Shown here piece after piece: positions 9,355 to 18,910 of a DNA stretch of 64,000 bases. The stretch spans positions 480,632 through 544,631 of the forward strand of contig CAZYLF010000001.1 in assembly GCA_964648765.1 (NCBI GenBank), written 5' to 3'. The translations under genes and the position numbers were made by a program. How positions within the stretch are numbered: position 1 is the stretch's first letter; each line of letters starts with the position of its first letter. This DNA is from an uncultured Candidatus Saccharibacteria bacterium. Lineage in GTDB: Bacteria > Patescibacteriota > Minisyncoccia > Phycocordibacterales > JACOZG01. A model generated the notes under the pieces. It worked only from the letters and a program-made list of their open reading frames with translations, did not search any database and was not told the DNA's origin.

Positions 9355-10824
9355 ATGGCATCATTAGAGGAAATTAGGGAGGAACGTTTAAAAAAAATAA
9401 ACAAGCTTCGTGAAGAAGGTGTGGAGGTGTACCCAGCGGAATCAAATTATACCCACACTTTACTTGAGGCCAGTGAAGATTTTGAAAGTTTGAGTGAGAC
9501 CAAGGAGGTTCTCACGCTTGCGGGCAGAGTTATAGCCAAGCGCGGGCAGGGGGCGGTAAGTTTTTTGGATCTTAAAGATGGTACTGGTAAACTCCAGGCG
9601 CTTTTTCATCGTGAAAAAATTACCGAGAAAAATTGGAATCAATTTCAAGAGTCTTTGGATGTGGGAGACTTTGTGGAAGTGAAGGGATTTTTATTCAAAA
9701 CTAAAAGTGAGGAGAAAACAGTGGAGGTAAGTGAGTGGAGGATGCTAGCTAAAAGTTTGCGACCATTACCAGACAAATGGCATGGACTTAAAGATACAGA
9801 GGAGCGATTCCGCCGTCGCTATCTCGACTCCCTAATGGACGACGAGGTTAAGAATAGATTTATTTTGCGTTCTCGCTTAATTGCGGGTTTTAGAACAATG
9901 CTTGATAAAGCTGGTTACCTGGAAGTAGAAACGCCGGTTCTTCAAAATTTACCTGGCGGCGCTAGTGCTTTGCCATTTATTACGCATCACAATGCGCTTG
10001 ATATTGATTTATACTTGCGGATTTCACCAGAACTTTATTTAAAGAAAATGTTGGTGGGTGGCTTTGACCGAGTGTATGAGTTTGCAAGGGATTTTAGAAA
10101 TGAGGGGATTGATGTGACGCATAATCCGGAGTTTACGGTGCTTGAGTATTATGAGACTTACAGTGATGCCACTAAGCAGATGGCGTTTGTGGAGAAGTTA
10201 TTTAAAGGGATTTTAAAGTCCTTAGATTTAAAGTCTGTGGTCACCTATGGCGAACATCAGATTAATTTTAAACCAAAGTTTAAAGTAGTCACATATTTTG
10301 ACTTACTTAAAAAACACGCATTAATAAATGATCCAGGTAAAATTGAGGTAAAGGATTTGGCTTTAAAAGCTTCGCAGTTGGGTATTAAGCTTGAGGGTAA
10401 TGAGGCCAAGGAAGTGCTTTTTGATCTGATTTATAAAAAAGTTTGCCGACCAAAGTTAGTTGAACCAACATTTGTCACAGATTATCCTAAAGATTATTTG
10501 CCGTTAGCAAAAGCTAAACCAGAGAATCCGGAATTGGTGGACGCCTTCCAACTTATTGTGGGAGGAGTGGAGCTGGTGAAAGCCTTTTCAGAACTTAATG
10601 ATCCGCTTGATCAACGTGAGCGCTTTGCCGCTCAGGAGAAGCAGAAGGCCGAAGGTAATGCCGAAGCTCAACCTAATGATGAAGACTTTTTAGAGGCGCT
10701 TGAATATGGCATGCCACCAGCCGGCGGCGTGGGTATTGGGATTGATCGCTTAGTGATGCTACTTACTAACACGCACAACATCCGCGAAGTTATCTACTTC
10801 CCAACTCTCAGGCCAAAGCAATAG
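9355..10824 (+). CDS. lysS: Lysyl-tRNA synthetase (class II)
   Basis: OB-fold N-terminus; class II motifs FRNEG, LEYYETYSD, GMPPAGGVGIGIDRL. Confidence 0.9.
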   Translation: MASLEEIREERLKKINKLREEGVEVYPAESNYTHTLLEASEDFESLSETKEVLTLAGRVIAKRGQGAVSFLDLKDGTGKLQALFHREKITEKNWNQFQESLDVGDFVEVKGFLFKTKSEEKTVEVSEWRMLAKSLRPLPDKWHGLKDTEERFRRRYLDSLMDDEVKNRFILRSRLIAGFRTMLDKAGYLEVETPVLQNLPGGASALPFITHHNALDIDLYLRISPELYLKKMLVGGFDRVYEFARDFRNEGIDVTHNPEFTVLEYYETYSDATKQMAFVEKLFKGILKSLDLKSVVTYGEHQINFKPKFKVVTYFDLLKKHALINDPGKIEVKDLALKASQLGIKLEGNEAKEVLFDLIYKKVCRPKLVEPTFVTDYPKDYLPLAKAKPENPELVDAFQLIVGGVELVKAFSELNDPLDQRERFAAQEKQKAEGNAEAQPNDEDFLEALEYGMPPAGGVGIGIDRLVMLLTNTHNIREVIYFPTLRPKQ

Positions 10825-10906
10825 TATTTACAAACTCAATTTTTATGATAGTTTAAATTTGGTGTTTTGAGTAAATTTGTTCATTTTATGAAAGGTGAGG
10901 TGCGGT

Positions 10907-11635
10907 ATGTTTCAAAGATTTACTGATCGAGCAAATAAGGTCATGATGTTGGCGAACCAGGAGGCGCTACGCTTAGGTTCTAATCTTATACACACAGAGC
11001 ATGTACTGCTTGGTATTGCCAAAGAGGGAGGAGGTTTTGGCGCTCAAATACTCAGTAGTTTTGAAAGTGATTATAGTACCCTACGCGGTTTTGTGGAAAA
11101 GAGAACGCCACCTAAACCTGAGTCTGGCTATATGGGTAGGCTAGCACTTACTGCTCGAGCAATAAGGGTGATCGAATTTGCAACAAAAGTAGCATCAGTT
11201 GATAACGATGGTTATGTTGCTACTCACCACTTATTACTTGGATTGCTTCAGGAAAAGGATGGCACAGCAAGAGAGGTTATATTCGAAGATCTTAGAATCA
11301 CTCTGGAAGCTGTAACGGAAAAAATAAATTCTCTTGTTACTGAGCCGATTGATGAGGGGTTGAGAAGGGCGATTGAAGGTCTTGAAATTGATTTCCCAGT
11401 CACAATTAAACCTAAGTATGGTCCGGAGCAGGTAAAGACTTTCGGACCAGGTGTGCCTGAAGTTGAACCAAGAATTGAAGACCAGATAAATCTTTGGTTG
11501 GCTGAAAATGCAAACATGAAAGTTCTGGAGTTCACCGCGTTTCATTATGATGGTCGTGGTTTGATGGTAATTTACCGCTATCGTGCGCCCGAAAATCCAA
11601 AGTCAGTTGAGTGGAAGGAAAAAGAACCAACTTAG
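10907..11635 (+). CDS. Stand-alone Clp_N (ClpA/ClpC N-terminal repeat) domain protein with novel C-terminal region
   Basis: Two Clp_N-like repeats (FTDRANKVMMLANQEALRLGSNLIHTEHVLLGI; ARAIRVIEFATKVA...HHLLLGLL). No AAA+ module. RBS AGGTGAGG precedes the ATG at 10907. Confidence 0.55.
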   Translation: MFQRFTDRANKVMMLANQEALRLGSNLIHTEHVLLGIAKEGGGFGAQILSSFESDYSTLRGFVEKRTPPKPESGYMGRLALTARAIRVIEFATKVASVDNDGYVATHHLLLGLLQEKDGTAREVIFEDLRITLEAVTEKINSLVTEPIDEGLRRAIEGLEIDFPVTIKPKYGPEQVKTFGPGVPEVEPRIEDQINLWLAENANMKVLEFTAFHYDGRGLMVIYRYRAPENPKSVEWKEKEPT

Positions 11636-11666
11636 TTTTGAGGGAAAAAACTAGAAATCAGCACTA

Positions 11667-11695
11667 CCCTGTACCGTACGGTACAGGGTTTTTTG
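11667..11695 (+). terminator. Rho-independent terminator
   Basis: CCCTGTACCGTACGGTACAGGG perfect hairpin followed by TTTTTT. Confidence 0.75.
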
Positions 11696-11787
11696 TTGTG
11701 GATAAGTCTGTTGCAGGGTGGGAGAGAGTAGCATAAAATGTAAGAGTAGTGGGGCAAAGTGGCAAATAAGTTTTTTCTCTCCAACCA

Positions 11788-12222
11788 ATGCTAATTGGCG
11801 AATATCGACACACGATTGACGACAAAAAACGACTTTCGGTGCCGTCGGTGTTTCGTACCGAGTTGAAACAAAAAATTGTTATCACTCGTGGCTTGGATAA
11901 TTGTCTCTTTGTTTACCCTCTGCCAGCCTGGAAGCAGGTAGCAGAAAAACTCTCGCAACTATCAATGGGTACAGTAGACTCTCGAAGCTTTAATCGCTTT
12001 ATGCTTTCTGGCGCTGTGGAAGTAGAGCTAGACAGCATGGGCCGCATCTTGATCCCAGACTTCTTAAAAAGTTTTGCAGGCTTAAAAGTAAAGGTGGTTA
12101 TCGCTGGTGTATACGATCGCTTAGAGATTTGGGATGAAAAGCGTTGGCTTGAAAACACAATGCGCGTGGAGAAGATGGCTGATAGCTTAGCTCAAAAATT
12201 AGGTGAAGTTGGAGCAATATAA
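11788..12222 (+). CDS. mraZ: Transcriptional regulator MraZ
   Basis: Duplicated MraZ fold; first gene of the dcw cluster; GEYRHTIDDKKRLSVP. Confidence 0.9.
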   Translation: MLIGEYRHTIDDKKRLSVPSVFRTELKQKIVITRGLDNCLFVYPLPAWKQVAEKLSQLSMGTVDSRSFNRFMLSGAVEVELDSMGRILIPDFLKSFAGLKVKVVIAGVYDRLEIWDEKRWLENTMRVEKMADSLAQKLGEVGAI

Positions 12223-13120
12223 AAAACTTATGAGTCACGATCCAGTTCTTTTAAATGAAGTTTTAGTTGGCTTAAATCTTAGGTCTGGCGAAACATTTCT
12301 AGATGCCACACTCAATCGCGGTGGTCACTCAAAAAAGTTGGGTGAGGCACTTGAGGAAGGTGGACATCTTATCGGTATTGATGCTGATAGTGTGGCGCTA
12401 GGTGAAGCCAAAGAGAATTTGAGTAAGCTTAAATGCAAGAAAGATTTTTTACTTGGTAATTTCCGAAATCTCAAAAGCTTACTTAATATAGTTGGTGTTA
12501 ATAAAATTGACGCCGCACTCTTTGACCTTGGTTTAAGCTCACAGCAGTTAGCTGAAGGCGAGAGGGGATTCTCATTCCAACTTAATGGACCACTTAAGAT
12601 GACGTTGGGGCGAGAGGCGAGTGACGGGCTAACAGCCGAAGAAATTATAAATAATTGGGATGAAGAAAATCTGATCACAATTATTAAAAATTACGGCGAA
12701 GAAACATTCGCCAACTCAATTGCCCGAGCAATTGTGGATCATCGTAAATTAAAAGAGCTTAAAACTACTTTTGATTTAGTTGAAGTGATCCGAAGTGCGG
12801 TACCACATTGGTACCAAAAAAGAAGAATGCATTTTGCAACTAAAACATTTCAAGCTCTCCGGATGACAGTTAATGATGAACTCCGAACGCTTAGAGATGG
12901 GATGGAGGGCGCATGGGAGTTACTTACCTCGGGTGGCAGGTTAGCAGTAATAAGCTTTCACGGACTTGAAGCCAAAACAACCAAAATATTTTTTAAAGAA
13001 AAGGAGGCAAATGGTGAGGGTAGACAAACTCCTCGCAAAGCCATAAAGCCAACTCGAGAAGAAGTTATAAGCAATCCGCGCTCACGCAGTGCAAATTTAA
13101 GAATCCTAATAAAATCATGA
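12203..13120 (+). CDS. rsmH: 16S rRNA (cytosine1402-N4)-methyltransferase RsmH (MraW)
   Basis: HDPVLL...LDATLNRGGHS SAM-binding motifs; follows mraZ. Confidence 0.9.
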   Translation: MKLEQYKKLMSHDPVLLNEVLVGLNLRSGETFLDATLNRGGHSKKLGEALEEGGHLIGIDADSVALGEAKENLSKLKCKKDFLLGNFRNLKSLLNIVGVNKIDAALFDLGLSSQQLAEGERGFSFQLNGPLKMTLGREASDGLTAEEIINNWDEENLITIIKNYGEETFANSIARAIVDHRKLKELKTTFDLVEVIRSAVPHWYQKRRMHFATKTFQALRMTVNDELRTLRDGMEGAWELLTSGGRLAVISFHGLEAKTTKIFFKEKEANGEGRQTPRKAIKPTREEVISNPRSRSANLRILIKS

Positions 13121-13443
13121 AACGTAACAGCACACAAACAATTGAATTAAGACATAACCAGCTATTGGGGTTATTGTTCATCACTATAACTTTGGTAGTT
13201 TTGTATTTAGGATTTCTCGGAAAAGTTGTGACGATTACGGTGGCACGCCAAGAGTCACTCAAAAGCGTATCTAACCTTGAACCTAAAATTGCCGAACTAG
13301 AGTCACAATATTTAGCATTAACCTCGGCCATTGATCTTGATGTGGCAGCAAGTTTAGGCTACTTACCCTCTACAAATGAAGTAATATTTGCCTCTCTCGA
13401 ACGTGAGAATTTGGCTTTAAATCTCAACAATAATGAAATCTAG
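13117..13443 (+). CDS. ftsL: Cell division protein FtsL-like (TM plus coiled-coil)
   Basis: 108-aa single-TM protein between rsmH and the PBP3 gene. Confidence 0.5.
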   Translation: MKRNSTQTIELRHNQLLGLLFITITLVVLYLGFLGKVVTITVARQESLKSVSNLEPKIAELESQYLALTSAIDLDVAASLGYLPSTNEVIFASLERENLALNLNNNEI

Positions 13444-15139
13444 CAGCCAGTGGCGATTGCGGTTTATCGCAATCATTATTCTTATTGGTGGAGTTGCTCT
13501 AATCTCAAAATTATTTTTTATAACTGTTGTGAGGGGTGAGCATTACGCAGATGAGGCTTCTCTCCAGCTTACTGGTGGGAGGAGCTATTTTAATCGTGGT
13601 TCAATTTTTTTTACTGAAAAAAATGGTAATTTGGTATCTGCCGCCACACTTCAGAGTGGTTACACTTTGGCCATCAACCCCACTTTTGTGCAAGACAAAG
13701 AAGAGTTATATGAAGCGCTATCGAAAATTGTAACTTTAGATCAGGAGTCATTTTTTAATAAAGCAAACAAAGCAAATGATCCATATGAGGAGTTGATCGC
13801 TCGCATTGATGAAGACACTGCAACTAAAATTAAGGAGCTAAAAATCTCTGGTGTGATTTTGGTGCCAGTCCGGACGCGCTTTTATCCAGGCGCGGATCAA
13901 GCGTCCCATGCTATTGGATTTATGGGTTATAAAGGTGAGGAGTTTGGTGGATTATATGGTCTTGAGAGGCAATATGATGAGGTGCTTAAGCGCAAACCCT
14001 CACTATCTTTTTCAGACTTTTTTGCACAACTTTTCGCCGGAGTTACTCATGGTGCACTTAGTGCTGGGGTGGCAGGTGAGGGGGACATCGTGACGACGAT
14101 TGAACCCTCGGTGGAAAGTTATGTGGAGAATGAGTTAAAGAGTCTGTTTGAAAAATGGAAGCCTAAACAGATTGGCGCAATTATTATGGATCCGCAAACA
14201 GGGGCAATAAAAGCCATGGCTGCATTGCCTACCTTTGACCCTGGCGCCAAACAAACGGACCTGAATATCTTAAAAAATCCACTGGTGGAAAATATTTATG
14301 AAATGGGTTCTGTTGTAAAACCGCTTACTATAGCTGCGGCAATAGATGGTGGGGCAATTACTTCTAAAACAAAATATGTAGATAATGGATCCCTCACAAT
14401 TGCAGACAGAAAAATTAGTAACTTTGATGGTAAGGCGCGAGGCGAGGTAACGTTTCAAGAAGTATTAAATCAGTCACTAAATACTGGCGCCGTGGAGGCA
14501 ATGCGAAGGTTGGGTCAGGTAGAGTTCCAGAATTATTTTTTTGCTCTTGGTTTAGAAGATAAAACTGGAATTGATTTACCTAATGAGGCAAAGGGTCTGT
14601 TAAAAAATCTAGATAGCGGGAGAGAAGTGGAGTTTGCCACCGCCTCATTTGGCCAAGGGATTGCCATTACTCCACTTGCTATTACCAGAGCCTTTGCTGC
14701 GCTCGCAAACGGTGGGTATTTAGTGACCCCTCACTTAGTGCAAAAAATAAATTATGACTCGCAGCTTAGTGATGACGTTACTCCAGAAAAGGGGAGGCAA
14801 GTTTTAAAAAAAGAAACCAGTGATGAAATTACCAAAATGCTCGTTGAAGTAGTAGACACAAGCTTGCTGAATGGTAAGGCAAAGAATGAGCATTATAGTG
14901 TCGCAGCAAAAACTGGAACAGCTCAGCTGGTTGCTAGCGGAGGCGGAGGCGGTTATTATAAGGATAGGCATCTCCATTCCTTTTTTGGTTACTTTCCGGC
15001 CTCTAAACCTGAGTATCTGATATTTATGTATATGGAGGACCCACAAAATGTGACCTATGCCTCACAAACTTTGGCTGACCCGTTTGTGCGTATTGTGAAC
15101 TTTTTGATCAATTATTATCAAATTCCTCCAGACCGCTAA
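13433..15139 (+). CDS. ftsI: Penicillin-binding protein 3 / FtsI-type transpeptidase
   Basis: SVVK (SxxK), KTGTAQ motifs, N-terminal TM, dcw context. Confidence 0.85.
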   Translation: MKSSSQWRLRFIAIIILIGGVALISKLFFITVVRGEHYADEASLQLTGGRSYFNRGSIFFTEKNGNLVSAATLQSGYTLAINPTFVQDKEELYEALSKIVTLDQESFFNKANKANDPYEELIARIDEDTATKIKELKISGVILVPVRTRFYPGADQASHAIGFMGYKGEEFGGLYGLERQYDEVLKRKPSLSFSDFFAQLFAGVTHGALSAGVAGEGDIVTTIEPSVESYVENELKSLFEKWKPKQIGAIIMDPQTGAIKAMAALPTFDPGAKQTDLNILKNPLVENIYEMGSVVKPLTIAAAIDGGAITSKTKYVDNGSLTIADRKISNFDGKARGEVTFQEVLNQSLNTGAVEAMRRLGQVEFQNYFFALGLEDKTGIDLPNEAKGLLKNLDSGREVEFATASFGQGIAITPLAITRAFAALANGGYLVTPHLVQKINYDSQLSDDVTPEKGRQVLKKETSDEITKMLVEVVDTSLLNGKAKNEHYSVAAKTGTAQLVASGGGGGYYKDRHLHSFFGYFPASKPEYLIFMYMEDPQNVTYASQTLADPFVRIVNFLINYYQIPPDR

Positions 15140-15145
15140 TTGCGA

Positions 15146-16444
15146 ATGTCCAAAAATTTAATTAAAAAAACCCTAGTATCTTTACTTGCGCTTGAGGCGC
15201 GTTTGGTGGTGCGTAAATACAAACCAAAAATCATTGGTGTTACTGGTAGCGTGGGCAAAACAATGGTTAAGGATGCGATTTTTGAAGTACTTAAAGATCT
15301 ACCCGGGGGAGTGGGCAAGAGCCAAAAGAGTTTTAATAGCGAGTTTGGTGTGCCTCTTAGTATTTTGCGAGTTGATAATCCCTGGGGCAGTGCGCTCGGC
15401 TGGTTAAAAAATTTAATTGAGGGTTTGGCTTTAATTATTTTCCGCTATCCATATCCAAAATGTTTGGTGCTTGAAATTGGCGTAGACAGGCCAGGCGATA
15501 TGCTGCGCACTTTGCGGGGGATCAAACTCGACGTGGCGGTAATTACCCGACTGCCCGACCTCCCGGTGCATGTGGAATATTTTAAAAGTAAGGAGGCGGT
15601 AATTGCAGAAAAATTAAAAATTATAAAAACTTTAAAACCATCTGGATATGTGGTGGCTAATGGTGATGATGAAAAGATCTGTGCTGGGTTAAAAGAGACA
15701 AGTAAAAAAGTTTTGTATTATGGTTTTAATGAGGGTGCGGATTATCTGCTTAGTAACGAGCATTTAATTTATGATGAGAATACTTATTGGCCAATGGGCA
15801 TGACGTTTAAGATTAATTATAAAGGCAATAGTTTGCCAGTGAGGGCAAAAGTTTATAGCAAAGAGCATGTTTTAGGACTTGCTCCAGCTTTAGTGCTGGC
15901 GGGCGAAAGTAATATGGAAATGTTGAAGGCGATCGATGCGATAGATAATTACCATCTGCCACCTGGACGCTTGCAGCCGCACAAGGGTAATAAAGATTCA
16001 ATTATTTTTGATGACACTTATAACTCGTCACCAGCGGCTTTAGAATCGGCTTTAACTATGCTTAGTAATTTACGTGTTTTGGGTCGGAGGATTGTGGTGC
16101 TTGGCGACATGATGGAGCTTGGGACTTATACCATGGAGGCACATCAAAATGCAGGAATCATGGCGAGTAACGTTGCCAACATAATTATTGGTGTGGGGAT
16201 GAGGGCTAAATATATTGTGGATGAAGCAGTAAAGAAAAGATTTGGTAAACGTAAAACCGCGCACTTTATTGAGGCCCTGGAAGCGGGGAAATACTTAGAA
16301 CGACTTTTAAAACCAGGTGACGTGGTGCTGGTGAAAGGTTCGCAGTCAATGCGCATGGAGCGGATTGTGGAGGAGGTAATGGCAGAACCTGCGCGCGCGC
16401 CAGAGCTCCTTTGTCGGCAAGAAGCAGAGTGGAAGAAGAGATAA
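15146..16444 (+). CDS. murF: Mur ligase family protein, likely UDP-MurNAc-tripeptide--D-Ala-D-Ala ligase MurF
   Basis: GVTGSVGKT P-loop of Mur ligases; size and position after ftsI. Confidence 0.7.
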   Translation: MSKNLIKKTLVSLLALEARLVVRKYKPKIIGVTGSVGKTMVKDAIFEVLKDLPGGVGKSQKSFNSEFGVPLSILRVDNPWGSALGWLKNLIEGLALIIFRYPYPKCLVLEIGVDRPGDMLRTLRGIKLDVAVITRLPDLPVHVEYFKSKEAVIAEKLKIIKTLKPSGYVVANGDDEKICAGLKETSKKVLYYGFNEGADYLLSNEHLIYDENTYWPMGMTFKINYKGNSLPVRAKVYSKEHVLGLAPALVLAGESNMEMLKAIDAIDNYHLPPGRLQPHKGNKDSIIFDDTYNSSPAALESALTMLSNLRVLGRRIVVLGDMMELGTYTMEAHQNAGIMASNVANIIIGVGMRAKYIVDEAVKKRFGKRKTAHFIEALEAGKYLERLLKPGDVVLVKGSQSMRMERIVEEVMAEPARAPELLCRQEAEWKKR

Positions 16445-16450
16445 TTTGAA

Positions 16451-16479
16451 TAAAAAAGCCACGCGATGTTTTGCGTGGC
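16451..16479 (-). terminator. Repeated A-tract + CCACGCnnnnGCGTGG hairpin terminator, copy 1 (minus strand; possibly bidirectional with murF)
   Basis: AAAAAAGCCACGCGATGTTTTGCGTGGC. On the minus strand this is a hairpin followed by a T-run, directly 3' of ORF 16507..16950. Confidence 0.65.
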
Positions 16480-16506
16480 AGTGTAAACTTACCGAAGTAA
16501 GCCGAG

Positions 16507-16950
16507 CTACTTGATCCAACCTTTCTGACGTCCCTCTGCGAGCACGGCACCATGTACATCTCGTGCCCTGTCCAGTTTCTCTTTTGAGCGCTCCCGCTCT
16601 TTCTTCCAAGCCTCCTTTTCTTTTCTGTCAGAGTGGTCGGTATAAAGTTCCAGTCTTTCAAGCGCCACCCCGGTGATAACTTTCTCAAAACCTTGACCGT
16701 GGCCACAACCGGGCTTCATGCACTCAACTTCTCCAGTGTTCATGTGCATTGAAAGAAATCCTGGCCAACCACATTTGCTGCATCTTTGGGGCAGGATTGG
16801 AATTTCAAACTCCACTAATGCAGCACCACCCTCAATTTTTTTGATTATGCCCACCCCAAGACCAGACCTCCCCGGTTTGATCTCGATTGGCTCCTTGGGT
16901 ATGACCTTTGTGCCCACCTTCATGACATTGGCGTTCAAATTCTTCGGCAT
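16507..16950 (-). CDS. Hypothetical protein with Cys-rich zinc-ribbon-like segment and charged C-terminal tail
   Basis: CSKCGW...ECMKPGCGHG cysteine cluster; GC content visibly above flanks; own terminator. Confidence 0.4.
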   Translation of the reverse strand: MPKNLNANVMKVGTKVIPKEPIEIKPGRSGLGVGIIKKIEGGAALVEFEIPILPQRCSKCGWPGFLSMHMNTGEVECMKPGCGHGQGFEKVITGVALERLELYTDHSDRKEKEAWKKERERSKEKLDRARDVHGAVLAEGRQKGWIK

Positions 16951-17061
16951 CTTTTGCTCCTTTCAGCGAGTTAATGAGCTATAATTTATGTTCTGACTCG
17001 TGCCAGACTCCAGTTAGACGTTAGCATATTTAGCGGAAAAGTCAAGCATAGTGAATATAAT

Positions 17062-17088
17062 AAAAAAACCACGCAATGTTTTGCGTGG
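17062..17088 (-). terminator. Repeated hairpin terminator, copy 2
   Basis: AAAAAAACCACGCAATGTTTTGCGTGG, directly 3' of ORF 17107..17469. Confidence 0.65.
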
Positions 17089-17106
17089 CGGGGTATTTGA
17101 TGTTGC

Positions 17107-17469
17107 TTACGGGGCGCATGAGTTCTCATCGTAAGGAATGGGGACCATTATCACCAAGCGATATCTCCACTCACTTGATGGGCCGGTATCATCATCAGTG
17201 TGAAGTCTGTAGATCTTCATACCTATCGGTGGATCAATTAATCTCTTGTTAATTTGCACAATCAGTTTGTTTGCAACTTCCTTCAATATTCCCTCAAGAA
17301 GCTCCGCTCTTTTTGTTAGCTGATTGTTATTATTTCTCAAACGCTCAAGTACTATGCTTCGTGGTGTGATCCACCCTGTTCCCATGTTCATGACTGCGTC
17401 CCAGTCATCATTAGTTACGATTTCAGCGGACAGCTGAAGTGAACTGCTCCTGTGGTAATGCTTCTTCAT
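17107..17469 (-). CDS. Hypothetical protein
   Basis: 120-aa ORF flanked by copies of the repeated terminator. Confidence 0.35.
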   Translation of the reverse strand: MKKHYHRSSSLQLSAEIVTNDDWDAVMNMGTGWITPRSIVLERLRNNNNQLTKRAELLEGILKEVANKLIVQINKRLIDPPIGMKIYRLHTDDDTGPSSEWRYRLVIMVPIPYDENSCAP

Positions 17470-17547
17470 CTTATGACTCCTTAAGTAAGTATTTTGTCCA
17501 ATCCGAAACCAACCCTAAAACTAATCTATAATAACAGGGGAGTCAAA

Positions 17548-17599
17548 TAAAAAAAGAGCTGGTCAGTTTCTCCCGTGGGAGTTACTAAAACCAGCTCTT
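17548..17599 (-). terminator. Rho-independent terminator with long loop
   Basis: AAGAGCTGGT...ACCAGCTCTT 10-bp stem with inner CTCCCgtgGGGAG hairpin. A T-run follows on the minus strand, 3' of ORF 17611..18291. Confidence 0.55.
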
Positions 17600-17610
17600 G
17601 TGATTAATTC

Positions 17611-18291
17611 TTAAACTTCTGAAGTTTCTTCTTCATCTTCGATCGCGTCTTCCTCGTCGTCATCCCACACATCAATGTAGTGAGCACGACCATCGCGGCA
17701 AACAAGAAGGAGGGAATGAAGAACTTCTCCCTTGCAAATATATTGCTCAATTGCAAAACCAACAGACGGCATCTCTTCTTTAATCTTGAGCGCCAGCGCT
17801 AAAACTCTAGAGGGGACGTAGCCATCGTAGGTTGCCAAGGCAATCATTTGCCACTTGCCTGGGTCCTTTTGTTTACGGCCGCTCAATAGGCCAAAACAAA
17901 TGATGGATAGAGCCAACCCAATTAGAAAGGTTGCACCGACCGTTATCGACACAAACCAACCCAGGATTGCCGGACCAAAGCAGAAAACGGCAACAAACAA
18001 AAGAGTGTAATCAACCACCACAAGAAGACGATCTAAGAAACTTGGTCTAACTTCACCACCAACTTGCGTTTGATACTTCCCAACTGATTCAACGGTGTAG
18101 GGGAGTACGTCGAGATACTGAAGTCCTTGTCGCAAGTAGGCGTCACTATTCTTGCTTTTCAAGGTGTCGTAACCAAGTTTCTCGGCAGCGTCCAAGGCAA
18201 AACTATTGCCTAGTTTACTACCTAAGTTTGCCAAATGGCCGTCCTCAGTTGGGACCATCCGTTCCAAGATACTCATATCGGGATCCATCAT
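17611..18291 (-). CDS. Hypothetical membrane protein (2 central TM helices, acidic C-terminal tail)
   Basis: Hydrophobic core LLVVVDYTLLFVAVFCF...FLIGLALSIICFGLL; DDDEEDAIEDEEETSEV tail. Confidence 0.4.
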   Translation of the reverse strand: MMDPDMSILERMVPTEDGHLANLGSKLGNSFALDAAEKLGYDTLKSKNSDAYLRQGLQYLDVLPYTVESVGKYQTQVGGEVRPSFLDRLLVVVDYTLLFVAVFCFGPAILGWFVSITVGATFLIGLALSIICFGLLSGRKQKDPGKWQMIALATYDGYVPSRVLALALKIKEEMPSVGFAIEQYICKGEVLHSLLLVCRDGRAHYIDVWDDDEEDAIEDEEETSEV

Positions 18292-18382
18292 TTTATCTCC
18301 TTTCCTTATCTCAATTTCGAATCAAAAAAACAATCTAGTCAAAGAGTAACGTATATTGTGCAGATAGTCAAATCCTTAGTAT

Positions 18383-18409
18383 AAAAAAACCACGCGATGT
18401 TTTGCGTGG
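18383..18409 (-). terminator. Repeated hairpin terminator, copy 3
   Basis: AAAAAAACCACGCGATGTTTTGCGTGG, directly 3' of ORF 18442..18789. Confidence 0.65.
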
Positions 18410-18441
18410 TGAGTGAACTATTATTACGATTCGGAAGAATT

Positions 18442-18789
18442 TTATTTTGTTTGGAAGATCATCACATCTCTGCCGTCGGGATCTTTAAGATAGAAGAATC
18501 TCATGGTGTGAGAATCAAGTATGGTCGTTTGAGGCTCGACGCCAAGTTGCTTTACAGTTTGAAGTGTAGCTTCAAGTGAATCTACTTCAATCAAAATTGC
18601 ATCACCCGTAAAAGCTGGTGACAGAAGATAAATCTCTACTACACAATTTGGGGAAAGTGGACCAACTTCATGATGCTTTGGACCACCATGTGCGTGTTCA
18701 TGTGTCGTTAGTCCAAGACTTTCATAAAACTGAGCAGTTTCTCTTCGGTCTGCCGCCCTAAAAACTACACCAGCAATCCGTGTTGCCAT
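18442..18789 (-). CDS. VOC-family (glyoxalase/bleomycin-resistance-like) protein
   Basis: 115 aa. Beta-alpha-beta-beta-beta pattern with His/Glu metal ligands (HEHAHGG...E); weak family-level call. Confidence 0.5.
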   Translation of the reverse strand: MATRIAGVVFRAADRRETAQFYESLGLTTHEHAHGGPKHHEVGPLSPNCVVEIYLLSPAFTGDAILIEVDSLEATLQTVKQLGVEPQTTILDSHTMRFFYLKDPDGRDVMIFQTK

Positions 18790-18873
18790 AGTTGCCTCTT
18801 TCGGTAAAAAATTTAATTAGAACCTAAAGACCAAATTTTTGCACCGAGTTTAACATTACTAAACCCCAAAAAG

Positions 18874-18902
18874 TTGTCAATATTAATACAGTTCTTTATA
18901 CT
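18874..18902 (+). promoter_or_regulatory. Sigma70-like promoter TTGTCA-17nt-TATACT (near-leaderless transcript)
   Basis: TTGTCA 18874-18879, TATACT 18897-18902, ATG at 18911. Confidence 0.45.
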
Positions 18903-18910
18903 TATTAATC

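Noticed and set aside
16266-16706. 146-aa minus-strand ORF spanning murF 3' end, the repeated terminator and into ORF 16507..16950
   Set aside because: Crosses a strong terminator hairpin and overlaps two supported genes in other frames.
16451-18409. Interpretation of the three repeated CCACGC...GCGTGG elements as integron attC sites / gene cassettes
   Set aside because: The elements lack the R''/R' GTTRRRY core and the extrahelical-base architecture of attC. They are only about 27 bp and read as canonical hairpin+T-run terminators on the gene strand, and no intI is in the window. They are kept as repeated terminators marking a cassette-like block.
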